Source of the DNA: an uncultured Verrucomicrobiae bacterium
GTDB lineage: Bacteria > Verrucomicrobiota > Verrucomicrobiia > Chthoniobacterales > JAFAMB01
Length of the DNA stretch: 64,000 bases
Reading direction: 5' to 3'
NCBI GenBank assembly: GCA_963813025.1
Contig: CAWEXO010000005.1
Span: 64,001 to 128,000, forward strand
Below are positions 1 through 11,149 of this stretch, one piece after another. The position numbers and the translations under genes are program-made. How positions within the stretch are numbered: the stretch's first letter is position 1; every line of letters begins with the position of its first letter. The notes under the pieces are model-generated. The model was given only the letters and a program-made list of their open reading frames with translations. It did no database searches and was not told the origin of the DNA.

Positions 1-128
1 CCAACGCACATGCGCGCTCTTCGACCATCCGAAAAAGCCGGCACCAAAGGAGGCGCGCGCTCAAACCCGGAACCAATCCTCGTTGAGCTGCATCTGGCCG
101 GCTTTGGCGGGCGAATAGCCGCACGCCC

Positions 129-467
129 TCAGCTTCCCGATACCAAAACTGTCCCAACCGCGATCAGGATCACTCCGAACCAGAGCCGCCTGGTGATGCG
201 CTCGCGCAGAAATATCACCGCGGCCAGGGCCAGCGCGATCCGCTGAATTCCTTCGAATGGATAAATATAACTCAAGTCAAAACGCTTCAACAGAGCCAGA
301 TAGACAAAAAAGCCGAGAGTCATCGCGGCCAGGCCAGCGGCTAATCCAAAGGTGCGCTTCGACGCAAACAATTTACCTTCACCGGACATCGCGTGCTTGA
401 AAAAGATCTGGCCCGCCACGTTGCTTAGCTGCGAAACCAACACCAGGGCTAGCAATGCGACGCTCAT
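129..467 (-). CDS. SMR/EamA-family small membrane transporter (ArnE/ArnF-like flippase subunit)
   Basis: 112 aa, 4 hydrophobic segments, 'DLSYIYPF...IFLRERIT..W.GV.LI' DMT/SMR signature; paired with the adjacent paralogue. Confidence 0.75.
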   Translation of the reverse strand: MSVALLALVLVSQLSNVAGQIFFKHAMSGEGKLFASKRTFGLAAGLAAMTLGFFVYLALLKRFDLSYIYPFEGIQRIALALAAVIFLRERITRRLWFGVILIAVGTVLVSGS

Positions 468-907
468 AGTCGATCCTCTACATTTGCCAGCGGTTGCGCC
501 ACGACGAGCACTCCGGCTGTGACCAGCAGGATCCCCCCCCAGCGCAGCAACGAGATCTGCTCACCGAGGAAAGCCCAGGAGGCCAGCGGCACAAGAACAT
601 GCGTCACCGCCGCCAGATTGAAGGCGATAAGCAAAGGAATCGACCGAAGAACCGAAAGCCAGAAGATCAAGCCTCCGATCAAGCAGGCAATCCCCAGCCA
701 CATCCAGACCGATGCCATCTGCCCGGCGAAAAAGATCGCCTGTAGCGGATTCGTCCCATCGCTCGCCAGTTTCAGGAAAATCTGCTCCGCGGCGGCCAGC
801 AGGATAGAAATCCCCAGTTCCAGAAACTGTCGGACAGTCAACAGATTGGCGGGCTGGAGTCGACTTGCTTTACGCGTAAGGCCTGGATCGCGAGACGCTA
901 TTGCCAT
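464..907 (-). CDS. SMR/EamA-family small membrane transporter (second subunit)
   Basis: 'QIFLKLA', 'FLGEQISLLRWGGILLVTAGV' signature; 4-bp overlap with downstream gene; start uncertain. Confidence 0.7.
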   Translation of the reverse strand: MAIASRDPGLTRKASRLQPANLLTVRQFLELGISILLAAAEQIFLKLASDGTNPLQAIFFAGQMASVWMWLGIACLIGGLIFWLSVLRSIPLLIAFNLAAVTHVLVPLASWAFLGEQISLLRWGGILLVTAGVLVVAQPLANVEDRL

Positions 908-968
908 GAAGAGGTTTACACTTGCTCTCGATCACGAACCGTTGCAAGTGTTCTTCGACCCGCCGTAG

Positions 969-1871
969 TTGGTTATGAAGATACTTGCTCATTCGTCAAA
1001 AGATTGGATTCCGGTGATCAGCCAGCTGGGGCATACGGCCTATTTGGCAATGCTCTTTGTTATCTTCCCGCACACACCATGGTGGATTCTCCTGATCCTC
1101 GGCCTTATCTACTCCGTCAGCATCTCGTGGAATATCAACGGCATCGCCCACAACTTCATTCACAATCCCTACTTCAAATCCCGCACTCTTAACTGGATCT
1201 TCAGCTGGATTCTTTCCGTGACCGTCGGGTTTTCGCAACAGTTCTACGAGGTTTTCCATAACAGGCATCATCAGGGAAACAGTGATCGACCGGACAAACA
1301 CGGCGATACGGTCGATCCGCTCTCCATTTACCGGCACGGGCACGAAGGTGAGCCTGAGAAGATTTGGTCCTACGTTTTCCTAAGCTACTTTCGCGACGAT
1401 CCTTACGTTGTCTTCCGAGAGCTGAAACGCCGGTTTCCGTTCCGCGCGTACTTTGGCGTGTTTGAAATCGCGTCCTGGACTTGCCTTTGTTTTCTCGGGT
1501 TTCTCCTGAACTGGAAATTCATGCTGCTTTATCTGCCGTTCTACTATTTCGGGCATTGCTTGTCCTATCTGAATGGCTATTTCCTCCACTATGGCGGAAA
1601 TCCCGATGTGCCCTTGGCCTGGGGAGTCAGCAGTTATGCCAAATGGTATAACATTCTTTGGTTCAATAATGGTTACCATGCGGAACACCACTACAAACCA
1701 AAGATCCATTGGACCAAGATGCAGGAGCTTCATCTGAAGTTGCGAGAGGCGCAGCGGGAGGCCGGTGTCCGGGTGATTCAGCCTCCCCATACACTCGGTT
1801 TTCTCGATCCTGACCTGCCGAAACTGGGTACCTCTACTCCGGCGTCCATGGAGGCGCGACCGCCACTTTAA
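969..1871 (+). CDS. Membrane fatty acid desaturase family protein
   Basis: Three His boxes (HNFIH, HNRHH, HAEHH) plus TM segments. Confidence 0.85.
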   Translation: MVMKILAHSSKDWIPVISQLGHTAYLAMLFVIFPHTPWWILLILGLIYSVSISWNINGIAHNFIHNPYFKSRTLNWIFSWILSVTVGFSQQFYEVFHNRHHQGNSDRPDKHGDTVDPLSIYRHGHEGEPEKIWSYVFLSYFRDDPYVVFRELKRRFPFRAYFGVFEIASWTCLCFLGFLLNWKFMLLYLPFYYFGHCLSYLNGYFLHYGGNPDVPLAWGVSSYAKWYNILWFNNGYHAEHHYKPKIHWTKMQELHLKLREAQREAGVRVIQPPHTLGFLDPDLPKLGTSTPASMEARPPL

Positions 1872-1882
1872 GAACTGTTTCG

Positions 1883-2067
1883 CGTTTCACGTTTCACGTT
1901 TCGCCAGCCACGTTTTTTTGGCGATGTCGCCTTCTCCTCGCGCGTCACTCCGAAGATGCGGATGAGACCGTCCGCCTTTGTGCCCGCTTCGCGGCACTAC
2001 GGCGCCGACAAGTTCCGCGCTGTTAGACGCTCCCTCGCGAGACGTGAAACGCGAAACGTGAGACGCA
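1883..2067. repeat. Intergenic element bounded by inverted heptamer tandem repeats (CGTTTCA / TGAAACG)
   Basis: cgtttcacgtttcacgtttc at ~1883 and cgtgaaacgcgaaacgtgagacg at ~2043. Confidence 0.55.
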
Positions 2068-2166
2068 CCTGGGATTTGACCAGATGCGACTTGCGTGCTT
2101 TAGGGAACGGCTGCCGTTCGGTAATGTGGGTTATGTGCAACCGCTCGTACCGCCGCTGCAGATCCT

Positions 2167-3864
2167 ATGTTTTCCACGACAGTTTCGATGCCGCGCAAAA
2201 CCGAGCGGGCGCTTCTGGATGGCGTTAGCCTGGCGCTCCTGGCCTTTGTCCTGATCCTGGTCTTACGGATCGTTGCCTTCGCGGTTCAGAAATGGGATTC
2301 CGATGAGACTCAGCATTTGCATGTCGTGTGGGGGTGGGCGCATGGCGCGTTAGCTTATCGGGATTTCTTTGACAATCATTGCCCTCTTTTTCAGCTCCTC
2401 TCGGTGCCTCCCTTTCTCTTGTGCGGAGAACGTCCCGATATCGTCATGCTGATGCGCTGGCTCAATTTACCTCTGTTCCTGATAGCTTTATGGTCCGTTT
2501 ATCGCTTGGGCCAAAAGCTATTTTCCCGCCGCGTCGGAGTGGCGTCTGCGCTGATCCTGGGGCTTTTTCCACCGTTTTTCCTCAAAGCGGGAGAGTTTCG
2601 GCCGGACAATCTGTGGAATGCCGAGTGGTTGCTTGCACTGGTCTTGCTCTTCGGAGAAAAGCCGAAGATCTGGCGCATTTTCGCTGCCGGGTTGCTTTTG
2701 GGGGCGGCCTTCGCGACCTCAATGAAAGCCGTTTTCCTTTTTACAGTTCTAGGCTCGTCCGGCCTGTTCTATGTCCTGCTCCGGATGTGGCTGGGCAATG
2801 GGCGGATACTCTCCGGTGCCGCCGAGCCGCGCGTTGGATTCCCGAAAGCGCTGAGCGTATTTTTGGCCGGGTTGCTCATTTTTCCGGCTCTCCTCATCAG
2901 CTTTTTTGCGTGTACTGGCATACTCGGTCCGGCCGGTTATTGCATTTTGCAACACAATCTGGTTTTCAGAGAACCGTTCTGGCCCATGTTCAGAACCCGG
3001 ATAATCGACCTGCGTTTCTGGCTTTTTGTGCCGGGTGTTTGGCTGGCAAAAGAGGCTCTGAGCGGGGAAGCAGACCCAGTACTCGCGAGGGGTCGGGCCT
3101 GGCTTTTCCTGATTACCGGATTTTTCTGCACGATCCTGTGGGGCTTCTGGCCGGAAATAACGCTTCAGGATTATCTCCCTTTTTTTCCGCTCGCCGCGAT
3201 TCTCCTGGCCCACCTGCTTGAGCGCCTCGCACAAGCACCGGCTTTGGCCAGAAATCCAAGGTTTTTTTCTTTGACGATTGCCGCGTTCTGCTGCCTACAA
3301 TTCGCCTGGCTGGGTCGCGTTCTCTGGACGCAGCGGAACGCTAACAGGCTAGGGGTTGCTAGAATTCGTGAAATCCTGCAGTTGACGCACCCGGATGAAA
3401 AAGTCTTTGATGCAAAAGGTGAAGCAATCTTTCGTCCCCGGCCAACCTATTGGGTTTACGAAATTCTCACCCGGGAACGGATTGCTCTCGGTCAAGTGAA
3501 AGACGATATGCCCGAACGTCTGATTGCCACCGAAACCTCCGTAGGGATACCATTTCATTTCGTCGGTAAGCGGACCCAGCAATTTCTCCAGGACAACTAT
3601 TTGCTGCGAGGCCCGCTCTTGGTGCTCGGTCAGCATTTGATTTTAACAAAGGATGGGGCGGCCGCTCCCTTCAAGATTGCTGTTCCTGGAACGTACACCT
3701 TTTTGGACGGCAGAAGCCCGGTTGCGGGTATGTTGGACGGTCATCCCGTGGAAACGGACAACCGGTTGGAGCCGGGAATGCATGTTTTTAAGCCGGAACA
3801 GCCGGTCGGAGCGCTCGACATCCTTTGGTCGCGTGCCTGGCATGTTGGTCTCGATCATCCTTGA
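2167..3864 (+). CDS. GT-C fold membrane glycosyltransferase (ArnT/PMT, GT39-like)
   Basis: N-terminal 'DSDETQH...YRDFFDNHCPL', 'EFRPD', many TM helices, soluble C-terminal domain. Confidence 0.75.
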   Translation: MFSTTVSMPRKTERALLDGVSLALLAFVLILVLRIVAFAVQKWDSDETQHLHVVWGWAHGALAYRDFFDNHCPLFQLLSVPPFLLCGERPDIVMLMRWLNLPLFLIALWSVYRLGQKLFSRRVGVASALILGLFPPFFLKAGEFRPDNLWNAEWLLALVLLFGEKPKIWRIFAAGLLLGAAFATSMKAVFLFTVLGSSGLFYVLLRMWLGNGRILSGAAEPRVGFPKALSVFLAGLLIFPALLISFFACTGILGPAGYCILQHNLVFREPFWPMFRTRIIDLRFWLFVPGVWLAKEALSGEADPVLARGRAWLFLITGFFCTILWGFWPEITLQDYLPFFPLAAILLAHLLERLAQAPALARNPRFFSLTIAAFCCLQFAWLGRVLWTQRNANRLGVARIREILQLTHPDEKVFDAKGEAIFRPRPTYWVYEILTRERIALGQVKDDMPERLIATETSVGIPFHFVGKRTQQFLQDNYLLRGPLLVLGQHLILTKDGAAAPFKIAVPGTYTFLDGRSPVAGMLDGHPVETDNRLEPGMHVFKPEQPVGALDILWSRAWHVGLDHP

Positions 3865-3875
3865 TTGGAAAATTT

Positions 3876-4967
3876 ATGCTCCTTAACCCCGACGACCGAA
3901 TTCTTGTCTTCGCGCCTCATCCCGACGATGAAACTCTTGCCATCGGCGGACTGTTGTGCACGGCGTTCGATCGCGGCTTACCCGTTCGTGTCGTCTATCT
4001 GACCAGCGGCGATCGGAATCCGTGGGCGCAACGATTTGTGGAACACCGCTGGATTATTCGCGATGAGGATCGGCGTCGCTGGGGGGAATTGCGCGAAGCC
4101 GAAGCGATTGCGGCGTTGGGAATGCTCGGTGGGAGCTCGGCAGACGCCCGTTTTCTGCGATACCCGGACCAGGCACTCACCGAGTTGCTCCTCTCGGGCG
4201 ATCGCTCCGTGGTTAATGATCTCAGCGCGGAGCTGCGCCGATGGAAGCCGACTTTGATTCTGCAGCCGGCCGCTGAAGACGCTCATCCGGATCATAGCGC
4301 TCTGCACGTTCTGCTCTCGGCAATCGTCCTGCCGGAATCTTCCAGGGATGCCAGAGTGCTGAACTACGTTGTCCATCACCCAAGGACTGGTCAGACGCGG
4401 AAAGCGATCACCACGTCCTTAAATCAAGCATTAGTAAAACGAAAACTGAAGGCCATCTTTTGTCACCGAACGCAGGTGGCCGCGAGCCGGAAGAGGTTCG
4501 CCAGCTACGCCCGTGCGCAGGAACAGTTGTTTGACGGGGATCCCGTGGAGACAAACTTCCCGCCGCAGAGTGTCCCCTGGATTGATGGAAACTTTCTGAA
4601 CCTGCCAATCGCTCATTGCGTCTTGTGTTCGAAGCAGCAGAAAGTCCTTCTGGTTCTGCGGACCGAGTCAGGTGAAGTGCAGCGTTTTGCCTTCTTCCTC
4701 AAGGGGAAGACGCCCCGTTTGGATCTCCAGGATACTGCCATGGGGGCAACAATCTGTTCAGTAGAAGTGTACTGGAACCGACGTACTGTTCAGGTGCGAC
4801 TCCCGAAACTACCGCGGCTTAGCACCGCGTTGCTGAAGATCTGTACCCCAACCTTCTTTTTTGATCGCGCCGGCTGGTTAAACCTCCCAGTTTTCCAGCG
4901 CCCGGCGAAGCGCGCGAAAACGCACGGCCCCGAGCCCGTAGCGAAGACGATGACCAATGACCGATGA
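3876..4967 (+). CDS. PIG-L/LmbE family deacetylase with C-terminal extension
   Basis: 'FAPHPDDE' and 'DAHPDH' metal motifs, 'HRTQ'; ATG at 3876 preferred. Confidence 0.85.
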   Translation: MLLNPDDRILVFAPHPDDETLAIGGLLCTAFDRGLPVRVVYLTSGDRNPWAQRFVEHRWIIRDEDRRRWGELREAEAIAALGMLGGSSADARFLRYPDQALTELLLSGDRSVVNDLSAELRRWKPTLILQPAAEDAHPDHSALHVLLSAIVLPESSRDARVLNYVVHHPRTGQTRKAITTSLNQALVKRKLKAIFCHRTQVAASRKRFASYARAQEQLFDGDPVETNFPPQSVPWIDGNFLNLPIAHCVLCSKQQKVLLVLRTESGEVQRFAFFLKGKTPRLDLQDTAMGATICSVEVYWNRRTVQVRLPKLPRLSTALLKICTPTFFFDRAGWLNLPVFQRPAKRAKTHGPEPVAKTMTNDR

Positions 4968-5002
4968 CCAATGGACAACGGCAGGCAATTGGCAATCGGC
5001 AA

Positions 5003-5728
5003 TCAGCCATCTCCCAGAATGCCGATCATCTGCTGCGCCAGCTTTGGCCCAATGCCGCTTTCCTCGTGTTTGAAATAAATGAATACACTCCTCCAGCGTT
5101 CTTCCTGGCCGCGGACAAAATTTGCCCAGTGGTGAAGGTCCGATTCTCCGTAGTCTTCCCGCCGTAAGCGTAGATACCCGAACTGCGTTGTTGCCACCGC
5201 CGGAGCAGTGAGATCGGCAGTATCGGCCAGGCAAAGAGCGGCTCGCTGGCGGTCGAGTAGAGCGAAGACCTCGTCCGCAAACCAGGACGGGTGGCGAAAC
5301 TCGAATGCCGCCGATAATTCCGGTGGTAACAATGCCAAAAATTCCTCCAGGACCGCCGTATCCCTCGCGAAACTGGGCGGCAACTGAAAAAGAACCGGGC
5401 CCAACTTCTCGCCCAAACCGAGAATACATCGCACGAAGTACTGGATGGTGTCCGCACAATTGCGCAGCTTGGAAAGATGGGTAACCCGCTGAGGGCCTTT
5501 TAAGCTGAATTTGAATCCCTCCGGTGTCGTACCCGTCCAACCCTCGATTGTTTTGGGACTTGGTATCCGGTGAAAAGTGTAATTGATCTCCGTGGTGGAA
5601 AACCGCTCTGCATAAAAAGGCAGCATTTTTGCAGGGCTCAGCTTCTCCGGATAAAACGTTCCGCGCCACGCGGGATACTGAAAGCCCGATGTCCCGACAA
5701 AGATGTTCACGGACTGAATCTTACACAA
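5003..5728 (-). CDS. DUF72 domain protein
   Basis: 'VGTSGFQY..W.G.FYP', 'EINYTFHR', 'LFQLPPSF', 'EFRHPSW', 'YLRLR'. Confidence 0.9.
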   Translation of the reverse strand: MCKIQSVNIFVGTSGFQYPAWRGTFYPEKLSPAKMLPFYAERFSTTEINYTFHRIPSPKTIEGWTGTTPEGFKFSLKGPQRVTHLSKLRNCADTIQYFVRCILGLGEKLGPVLFQLPPSFARDTAVLEEFLALLPPELSAAFEFRHPSWFADEVFALLDRQRAALCLADTADLTAPAVATTQFGYLRLRREDYGESDLHHWANFVRGQEERWRSVFIYFKHEESGIGPKLAQQMIGILGDG

Positions 5729-5821
5729 CGGCTCCGAGCTTGAACATCGATCTTTGCCGATCGGTTTACGGGTTTGGGCAAAGGCTGTATATTATTTTGG
5801 TTCCGCCCGGCACTCAGGCTT

Positions 5822-6328
5822 ATGGATAATTCGGAACAAACTCTGGAAGAAATTGTGCAGAACTGGCTGAAGGACGTACAACGTCGAGGGGTCGAGCTCT
5901 ATGCAAGAAACCAGGTCAACACGATTTTATACCTGTCGTTTGCGGCGAAAGACGAGCTGCGATTCAGCGTGGAAATCGACTTTGCGGTTCGCGACATCAG
6001 GGTCGAAATAACCGGACCGCACTTGAGTTCGGTTATCCGCAAAACTCTGTTACTCGATGCGCAGAGCTTGCGTTGGTTGGCTAAGAGGATGTGCCCAATC
6101 GGTGAAGGACAGGTTGTTGTTCCCGTGTACCTTCTGGCGGAACTGGCCGTGCTTTGTCATGCCTATCAACGACTCGTCCAAGACTACGCGCGTGACCACG
6201 GGGGGCGCCATACCAGCAATGCGGTGCAGGAGATCGAGTCGGAGTTGCGCGAGTACCTCACACCGGAAGAACAACAACGCACGGACAATCCCTACCTGCG
6301 CACCCGTAAAGTCGAGGCCCATTCTTGA
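5822..6328 (+). CDS. Hypothetical protein
   Basis: Open frame with plausible composition filling the gap between DUF72 and a REP; no recognised motif. Confidence 0.5.
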   Translation: MDNSEQTLEEIVQNWLKDVQRRGVELYARNQVNTILYLSFAAKDELRFSVEIDFAVRDIRVEITGPHLSSVIRKTLLLDAQSLRWLAKRMCPIGEGQVVVPVYLLAELAVLCHAYQRLVQDYARDHGGRHTSNAVQEIESELREYLTPEEQQRTDNPYLRTRKVEAHS

Positions 6329-6365
6329 GGCCATTTGGTGTCTGGCCGGGTCAACACTCCACGTT

Positions 6366-6474
6366 GGTAGGGCAAGCTCCTGCTTGACCGCGGCGCGTAA
6401 GCCCCCACTCGATCCGGACGAGCAGGAGCTTCATCCCTACCGCACTCATTCTTGTGGCGCCAACGGTCCGAAGG
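6366..6474. repeat. GTAG-type REP-like palindrome, family A copy 1
   Basis: GGTAGGGCAAGCTCCTGCTTG...CGAGCAGGAGCTTCATCCCTACC; similar copy at 16051-16161. Confidence 0.75.
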
Positions 6475-6602
6475 CGGTTTCGAACGAAATCCTGGCCGCC
6501 GGCATGGGACAGCGACATGTGCCACACAAGAAATGACCAAATCGAGGGATGGCAAAGCAAGCGGAGTTTGCCATATTCCAGGAGCGAGAAAGGACCAAGA
6601 AG

Positions 6603-8249
6603 ATGGCGACTCATAATCAGTCACTCACCGCACGCCCCGCGTGGAAAGCTCTGCAATCTCATTACCACCAAATCCAGCAATTACATCTCCGGCAACTGTT
6701 TGCTGATGATCCTCAGCGAAGCAAGCGGCTGACCGTCCAGGCCGTCGGCCTCTATCTTGATTACTCGAAAAACCGCGTAACCGATGAAACGCTAAAGCTC
6801 CTCCGCCAACTGGCCGGCGAATGCGAGCTGCCAGCCCGAATCGATGCCATGTTTCGCGGCGAGAAGATAAATGGGACGGAAAAACGGGCCGTCCTGCATG
6901 TCGCCCTTCGCGCCCCGCGAGGAACAACGGTGATGGTCGACGGCGAGAACGTGGTTCCCCAGGTCCACGAAGTATTGGACAAAATGAGAGATTTCTCCAA
7001 CCGGGTCCGCAGCGGTGAATGGAAGGGCTACACCGGAAAGCGCATTCGCAATGTCATCAATATCGGCATAGGGGGATCGGATCTCGGGCCGGTGATGGCC
7101 TACGAGGCGCTGAAATATTACAGTGAGCGGTCATTGACCTTCCGATTTGTTTCGAATGTCGACGGTACCGATTTCGCCGAGGCGGTTCGGGATCTCGATG
7201 CGGCCGAAACGCTGTTTATCGTCTCGTCCAAAACTTTTACCACGTTGGAAACGATGACCAACGCGCAAACGGCTCGCGACTGGTTGCTCAGAGCGCTGGC
7301 TGGAAAAGTTGAAGCGGTTGCCAAGCATTTCGTGGCAGTCTCGACCAATGCCGAAAAGGTCGCTGAGTTCGGGATCGACACGACCAACATGTTTGGGTTC
7401 TGGGATTGGGTCGGGGGGCGTTACTCCATGGATTCGGCGATCGGCCTCTCCACCATGCTCGCGATTGGTCCGGAAAATTTCCAGGCGATGCTCGATGGCT
7501 TTCACGAGATGGACGAGCATTTCCGCACTGCACCTTTCGAAAGCAATTTGCCGGTGCTCCTCGGACTTCTGACCATGTGGTACACTGATTTCTTTAACGC
7601 CGAAACGGTGGCGGTCCTGCCTTACGAGCAATACCTGAAACGATTCCCGGCTTACCTGCAGCAGTTGACGATGGAGAGCAACGGCAAACATGTCACCCTT
7701 GCGGGGACAGAGGTCAACTATCCGACTGGGCCGATCTACTGGGGCGAACCGGGAACCAACGGGCAGCACTCGTTCTATCAGCTCATTCATCAGGGGACCA
7801 GGCTGATTCCGTGCGATTTCCTCGGATTCGCTGAGTCACTCAATCAACTCGGCCGGCATCACGATATGCTGATGGCAAACGTGTTTGCCCAGACGGAGGC
7901 ACTCGCTTTTGGCAAAACGGCGGAGGAAGTGAAGCGTGAGGGAACACCGGATTGGCTGGTGCCGCACCGGGTATTTGAAGGGAACCGTCCGTCCAATACC
8001 ATCCTGGGTGACCGGCTCACGCCGGCAATTCTGGGCAAACTCGTAGCGCTCTACGAACACAGCGTTTTCACTCAGGGTACGATCTGGAACATCAACTCAT
8101 TCGACCAGTGGGGCGTCGAGTTAGGTAAGGTACTGGCCCAACGCATCATTCCGGAACTCGAAGCTGAAACCGAGCCCGAATTGCGGCACGACGGTTCAAC
8201 GAACGACTTGATCCGCTGGTATCGCCAACAAAAACAAAAAACCTCGTGA
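6603..8249 (+). CDS. pgi: Glucose-6-phosphate isomerase
   Basis: '[11 protein letters not shown]', '[10 protein letters not shown]', '[10 protein letters not shown]', '[10 protein letters not shown]'. Confidence 0.97.
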   Translation: MATHNQSLTARPAWKALQSHYHQIQQLHLRQLFADDPQRSKRLTVQAVGLYLDYSKNRVTDETLKLLRQLAGECELPARIDAMFRGEKINGTEKRAVLHVALRAPRGTTVMVDGENVVPQVHEVLDKMRDFSNRVRSGEWKGYTGKRIRNVINIGIGGSDLGPVMAYEALKYYSERSLTFRFVSNVDGTDFAEAVRDLDAAETLFIVSSKTFTTLETMTNAQTARDWLLRALAGKVEAVAKHFVAVSTNAEKVAEFGIDTTNMFGFWDWVGGRYSMDSAIGLSTMLAIGPENFQAMLDGFHEMDEHFRTAPFESNLPVLLGLLTMWYTDFFNAETVAVLPYEQYLKRFPAYLQQLTMESNGKHVTLAGTEVNYPTGPIYWGEPGTNGQHSFYQLIHQGTRLIPCDFLGFAESLNQLGRHHDMLMANVFAQTEALAFGKTAEEVKREGTPDWLVPHRVFEGNRPSNTILGDRLTPAILGKLVALYEHSVFTQGTIWNINSFDQWGVELGKVLAQRIIPELEAETEPELRHDGSTNDLIRWYRQQKQKTS

Positions 8250-8272
8250 CTCTGTCCTGAGTCCCCGATCGC

Positions 8273-9667
8273 TTGAGTACAGTGAACTCGAACTCTTCCC
8301 ACGCGGACGCGTTGGTTTTCTATGGCGCGACGGGCGACTTGGCTTACAAGAAAATTTTCCCGGCGCTCCAAGCGATGGTCAGGCGCGGCCATCTGGAAGT
8401 CCCGATTATTGGGGTCGCCAAAGCTGGCTGGAATCTCGAGCAACTTAAAGCCCGGGCCCGGGATAGTTTGACCACCCACGGGGGGCTCGACAAGGACGCC
8501 TTCGCCAAGCTGTGCAGTTTGCTGCGGTACGTCGAGGGAGATTACCGGGACAAAGCGACCTTTCAGGCCATCGCCCAAGAGTTAGGTCCGGCCCAAAGAC
8601 CAGCTCATTACCTTGCCATTCCTCCCGCTCTCTTCGGTTTGGTCACCGAACAACTCGCAAGCCTCGGCAAAACAAAAGAGGCCCGGATCATTGTCGAAAA
8701 GCCGTTTGGTCACGACCTTGCCTCGGCCCGAAATCTCAATCGAATTCTGCTTCGCGCCTTCGACGAAAACGCCATCTTTCGCATCGATCATTATCTCGGG
8801 AAACGACCAGTGCATAACCTGCTTTTTTTTCGTTTCTCAAACGCTTTTCTCGAACCGTTTTGGAATCGAAATCACATCGAAAGTGTCCAGATCACCCTGG
8901 CGGAAAGCTTTGGGGTTCAGGGTCGGGGTACTTTTTACGATCAAACGGGGGCGATCCGGGACGTGATCCAGAATCATCTCTTCCAGGTTCTGAGTAACCT
9001 GACGATGGAACCGCCTCCGTTGACCGACAGCGAGTCAGTCCGAGATGAAAAAGTAAAAGTGCTCAAGGCCATTCCCCCGCTCAAGCCGGCGAACGTTGTC
9101 CGCGGTCAGTTTCGCGGTTATCGGGATGAAAAAGGCGTCGCCCCGGATTCCCAGACAGAAACCTTTGCGGCGGTGCAACTGGAGATTGACTCGTGGCGAT
9201 GGACGGGAGTTCCTTTCTACATTCGAGCCGGGAAGTGCCTGCCGGTGACGTGCGCTGAGGTGGTTGTGCGGCTTCGTCAGCCTCCGACCATGTATCACGG
9301 GTACGACTTGCGCTCAAACCATGTCCGGTTTCGGATTAGTCCAGACGTGACGCTAGCTGTTGGCGTAAACGCGATTGCGGCCGGCGAACAGACGGTCAGC
9401 CGGCCAGTTGAGATGATCGCTACCCGGCATCCACAGGCCGACGAAATGGACGCTTACGAACGACTTCTGGGCGACGCGATGGTGGGCGATCGAACCTTGT
9501 TTGCTCGAGAGGATTACGTTGAGCAAGCGTGGCGGATTGTCGATCCGGTCTGGCAGGCAGATACTCCTCTCTATTTTTACGAACCAGGTACCTGGGGACC
9601 GACTGAAGTCGATCAGCAAATCTCTCCTCTGGAAGGTTGGCAAAATCCAATCGAGCAGGATGACTAG
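8273..9667 (+). CDS. zwf: Glucose-6-phosphate 1-dehydrogenase
   Basis: 'GATGDLA', 'EKPFG', 'RIDHYLGK', 'RDVIQNHL'. Confidence 0.96.
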   Translation: MSTVNSNSSHADALVFYGATGDLAYKKIFPALQAMVRRGHLEVPIIGVAKAGWNLEQLKARARDSLTTHGGLDKDAFAKLCSLLRYVEGDYRDKATFQAIAQELGPAQRPAHYLAIPPALFGLVTEQLASLGKTKEARIIVEKPFGHDLASARNLNRILLRAFDENAIFRIDHYLGKRPVHNLLFFRFSNAFLEPFWNRNHIESVQITLAESFGVQGRGTFYDQTGAIRDVIQNHLFQVLSNLTMEPPPLTDSESVRDEKVKVLKAIPPLKPANVVRGQFRGYRDEKGVAPDSQTETFAAVQLEIDSWRWTGVPFYIRAGKCLPVTCAEVVVRLRQPPTMYHGYDLRSNHVRFRISPDVTLAVGVNAIAAGEQTVSRPVEMIATRHPQADEMDAYERLLGDAMVGDRTLFAREDYVEQAWRIVDPVWQADTPLYFYEPGTWGPTEVDQQISPLEGWQNPIEQDD

Positions 9668-9793
9668 AGGCCGCCATCTCATTCGTTAGCTTCAGCGGAT
9701 GAGCCTCCTGTTTGGCGGATTGCTCGACAACGGCAAGCTCCCAACTTAAAAGTAGTTTCAGCGATAAAGTCTGGAATCCTGCGATCGAGAAAA

Positions 9794-10096
9794 ATGATAG
9801 TGATCGTCCGGCCCTTATTTTTGATCGGAATAGCTGTTTCTTTGGGAGCGTGTGCCCGCGACCAGGCGTTCCCGCTGGAGCCACAAACGCTGTTTTCCCC
9901 TCGCCCAGCGACCGTTCGAAGCGTGCAGATCGCTCTCCGCGAACGGGGTTACTACGCCGGGCCGGTTGACGGATCTCTCGGCCAGGACGTCGGGATCGGA
10001 ATTGAGCGATTCCAGATCGATCATTGCCAAAGAGCAACCTTGAGACTCAATCGACCGCTTCTGGTCGGGTTGGGCATTGTGAGGGAGGAGAAATAA
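9794..10096 (+). CDS. Peptidoglycan-binding domain lipoprotein
   Basis: Lipobox-like LGAC; 'VRSVQIALRERGYYAGPVDG...IERFQ' PG_binding_1 pattern. Confidence 0.7.
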   Translation: MIVIVRPLFLIGIAVSLGACARDQAFPLEPQTLFSPRPATVRSVQIALRERGYYAGPVDGSLGQDVGIGIERFQIDHCQRATLRLNRPLLVGLGIVREEK

Positions 10097-10097
10097 G

Positions 10098-10418
10098 GTG
10101 CGCGCCCTCTCCAGGAAAATGACGCTGTTGTGGTGTTGCGGGGCAATGGCCTTGTTCGCGTTTGGGCCGGCGGTCGTACCCGGGATTTCAGATTCCCGTG
10201 TCTGGGTTGGAGCCTCGGGTCCGTTTGTTGCATTTAGAGTGCCGGCGTTCCTTGGCTGGGCCATCAATATTAGAAATGAATCCAATCAAAACTATTCGGC
10301 TCTCTACACCATTAACGGCTGGGCCGATCTGCGGGCGGTCCCTGCTCATCGTACGGTGAGAGCCGGGTTTGTGCTGGGACGGGAGATTCCCACCTTTAAA
10401 TTTGCCAGCGAAAAATAG
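10098..10418 (+). CDS. Hypothetical exported protein
   Basis: Starts 1 nt after the previous stop; hydrophobic N-terminus. Confidence 0.4.
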   Translation: MRALSRKMTLLWCCGAMALFAFGPAVVPGISDSRVWVGASGPFVAFRVPAFLGWAINIRNESNQNYSALYTINGWADLRAVPAHRTVRAGFVLGREIPTFKFASEK

Positions 10419-10511
10419 CTGGGTGTAAGGCAATCGCGCGACCCAACAACCCCGCCGAGAAACGTCCGCACGAGGCCGGGCGTGACGCTTGTACCAAAGG
10501 GGCATCGGGAC

Positions 10512-11075
10512 TCAGCCGCGGGTTTTTAACCGCGGGAAAGCCTGTGCAAGGTTGCCGAAAGAATGCCCGCTGGCACTGACACTGACACTGACACTCCCTA
10601 AGGCGCATTCAGTAAGCCGATCAAGACCGGGTAGCTCCTCGGCATTGAGCGGCGTGAGATTCTCCACCCGGCGGTCGGCCATACCATGCCGGGGTAATCG
10701 CGGTACATACACGTTATAACCAAGCTCATACGCCATTTCGGCGAGTTGGCGAAACTGCTGGGGGCTGTTGGTCAGCCCATGGAAGAAAACAACCGAGCGC
10801 TCGGTACGATGGCCGTGAGTCAGTAGAATTGTCCGCGCGACCGGATTCAGCTCCGGACCCTCACTCTGTTGAATCGTTCTGACCCGATTGAGCGCATCGG
10901 CGTAGTCCGCGGCCGGGTTGGGCCGACTCGGGAGACTGTCCTTCGCCGCATTGAGGGCAGCGTTGAAGGCTATCTGAAAAAGCAACAGAAGAGCGAGAAC
11001 GGCGACCAGCAAAACCAGGCCGACGCGAGTCCAGCGCGTGACGGCTCGGCGGACCCCGGCGGACAGAGGTTTCAT
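10512..11075 (-). pseudogene. Truncated alpha/beta hydrolase (carboxylesterase-like)
   Basis: 'VVFFHGLTNSPQQF', 'GYNVYVPRLPRHG' present; similarity ends near 10635 before any GxSxG and the frame runs into a hexamer repeat (SVSVSVS). Confidence 0.65.
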
Positions 11076-11149
11076 CGAGAGTGCCGGATCTAGTTAGGGC
11101 CCACGGGTCCTATGGGTCTCATGGACCTATGGGCCTCACCAATCCTGCG

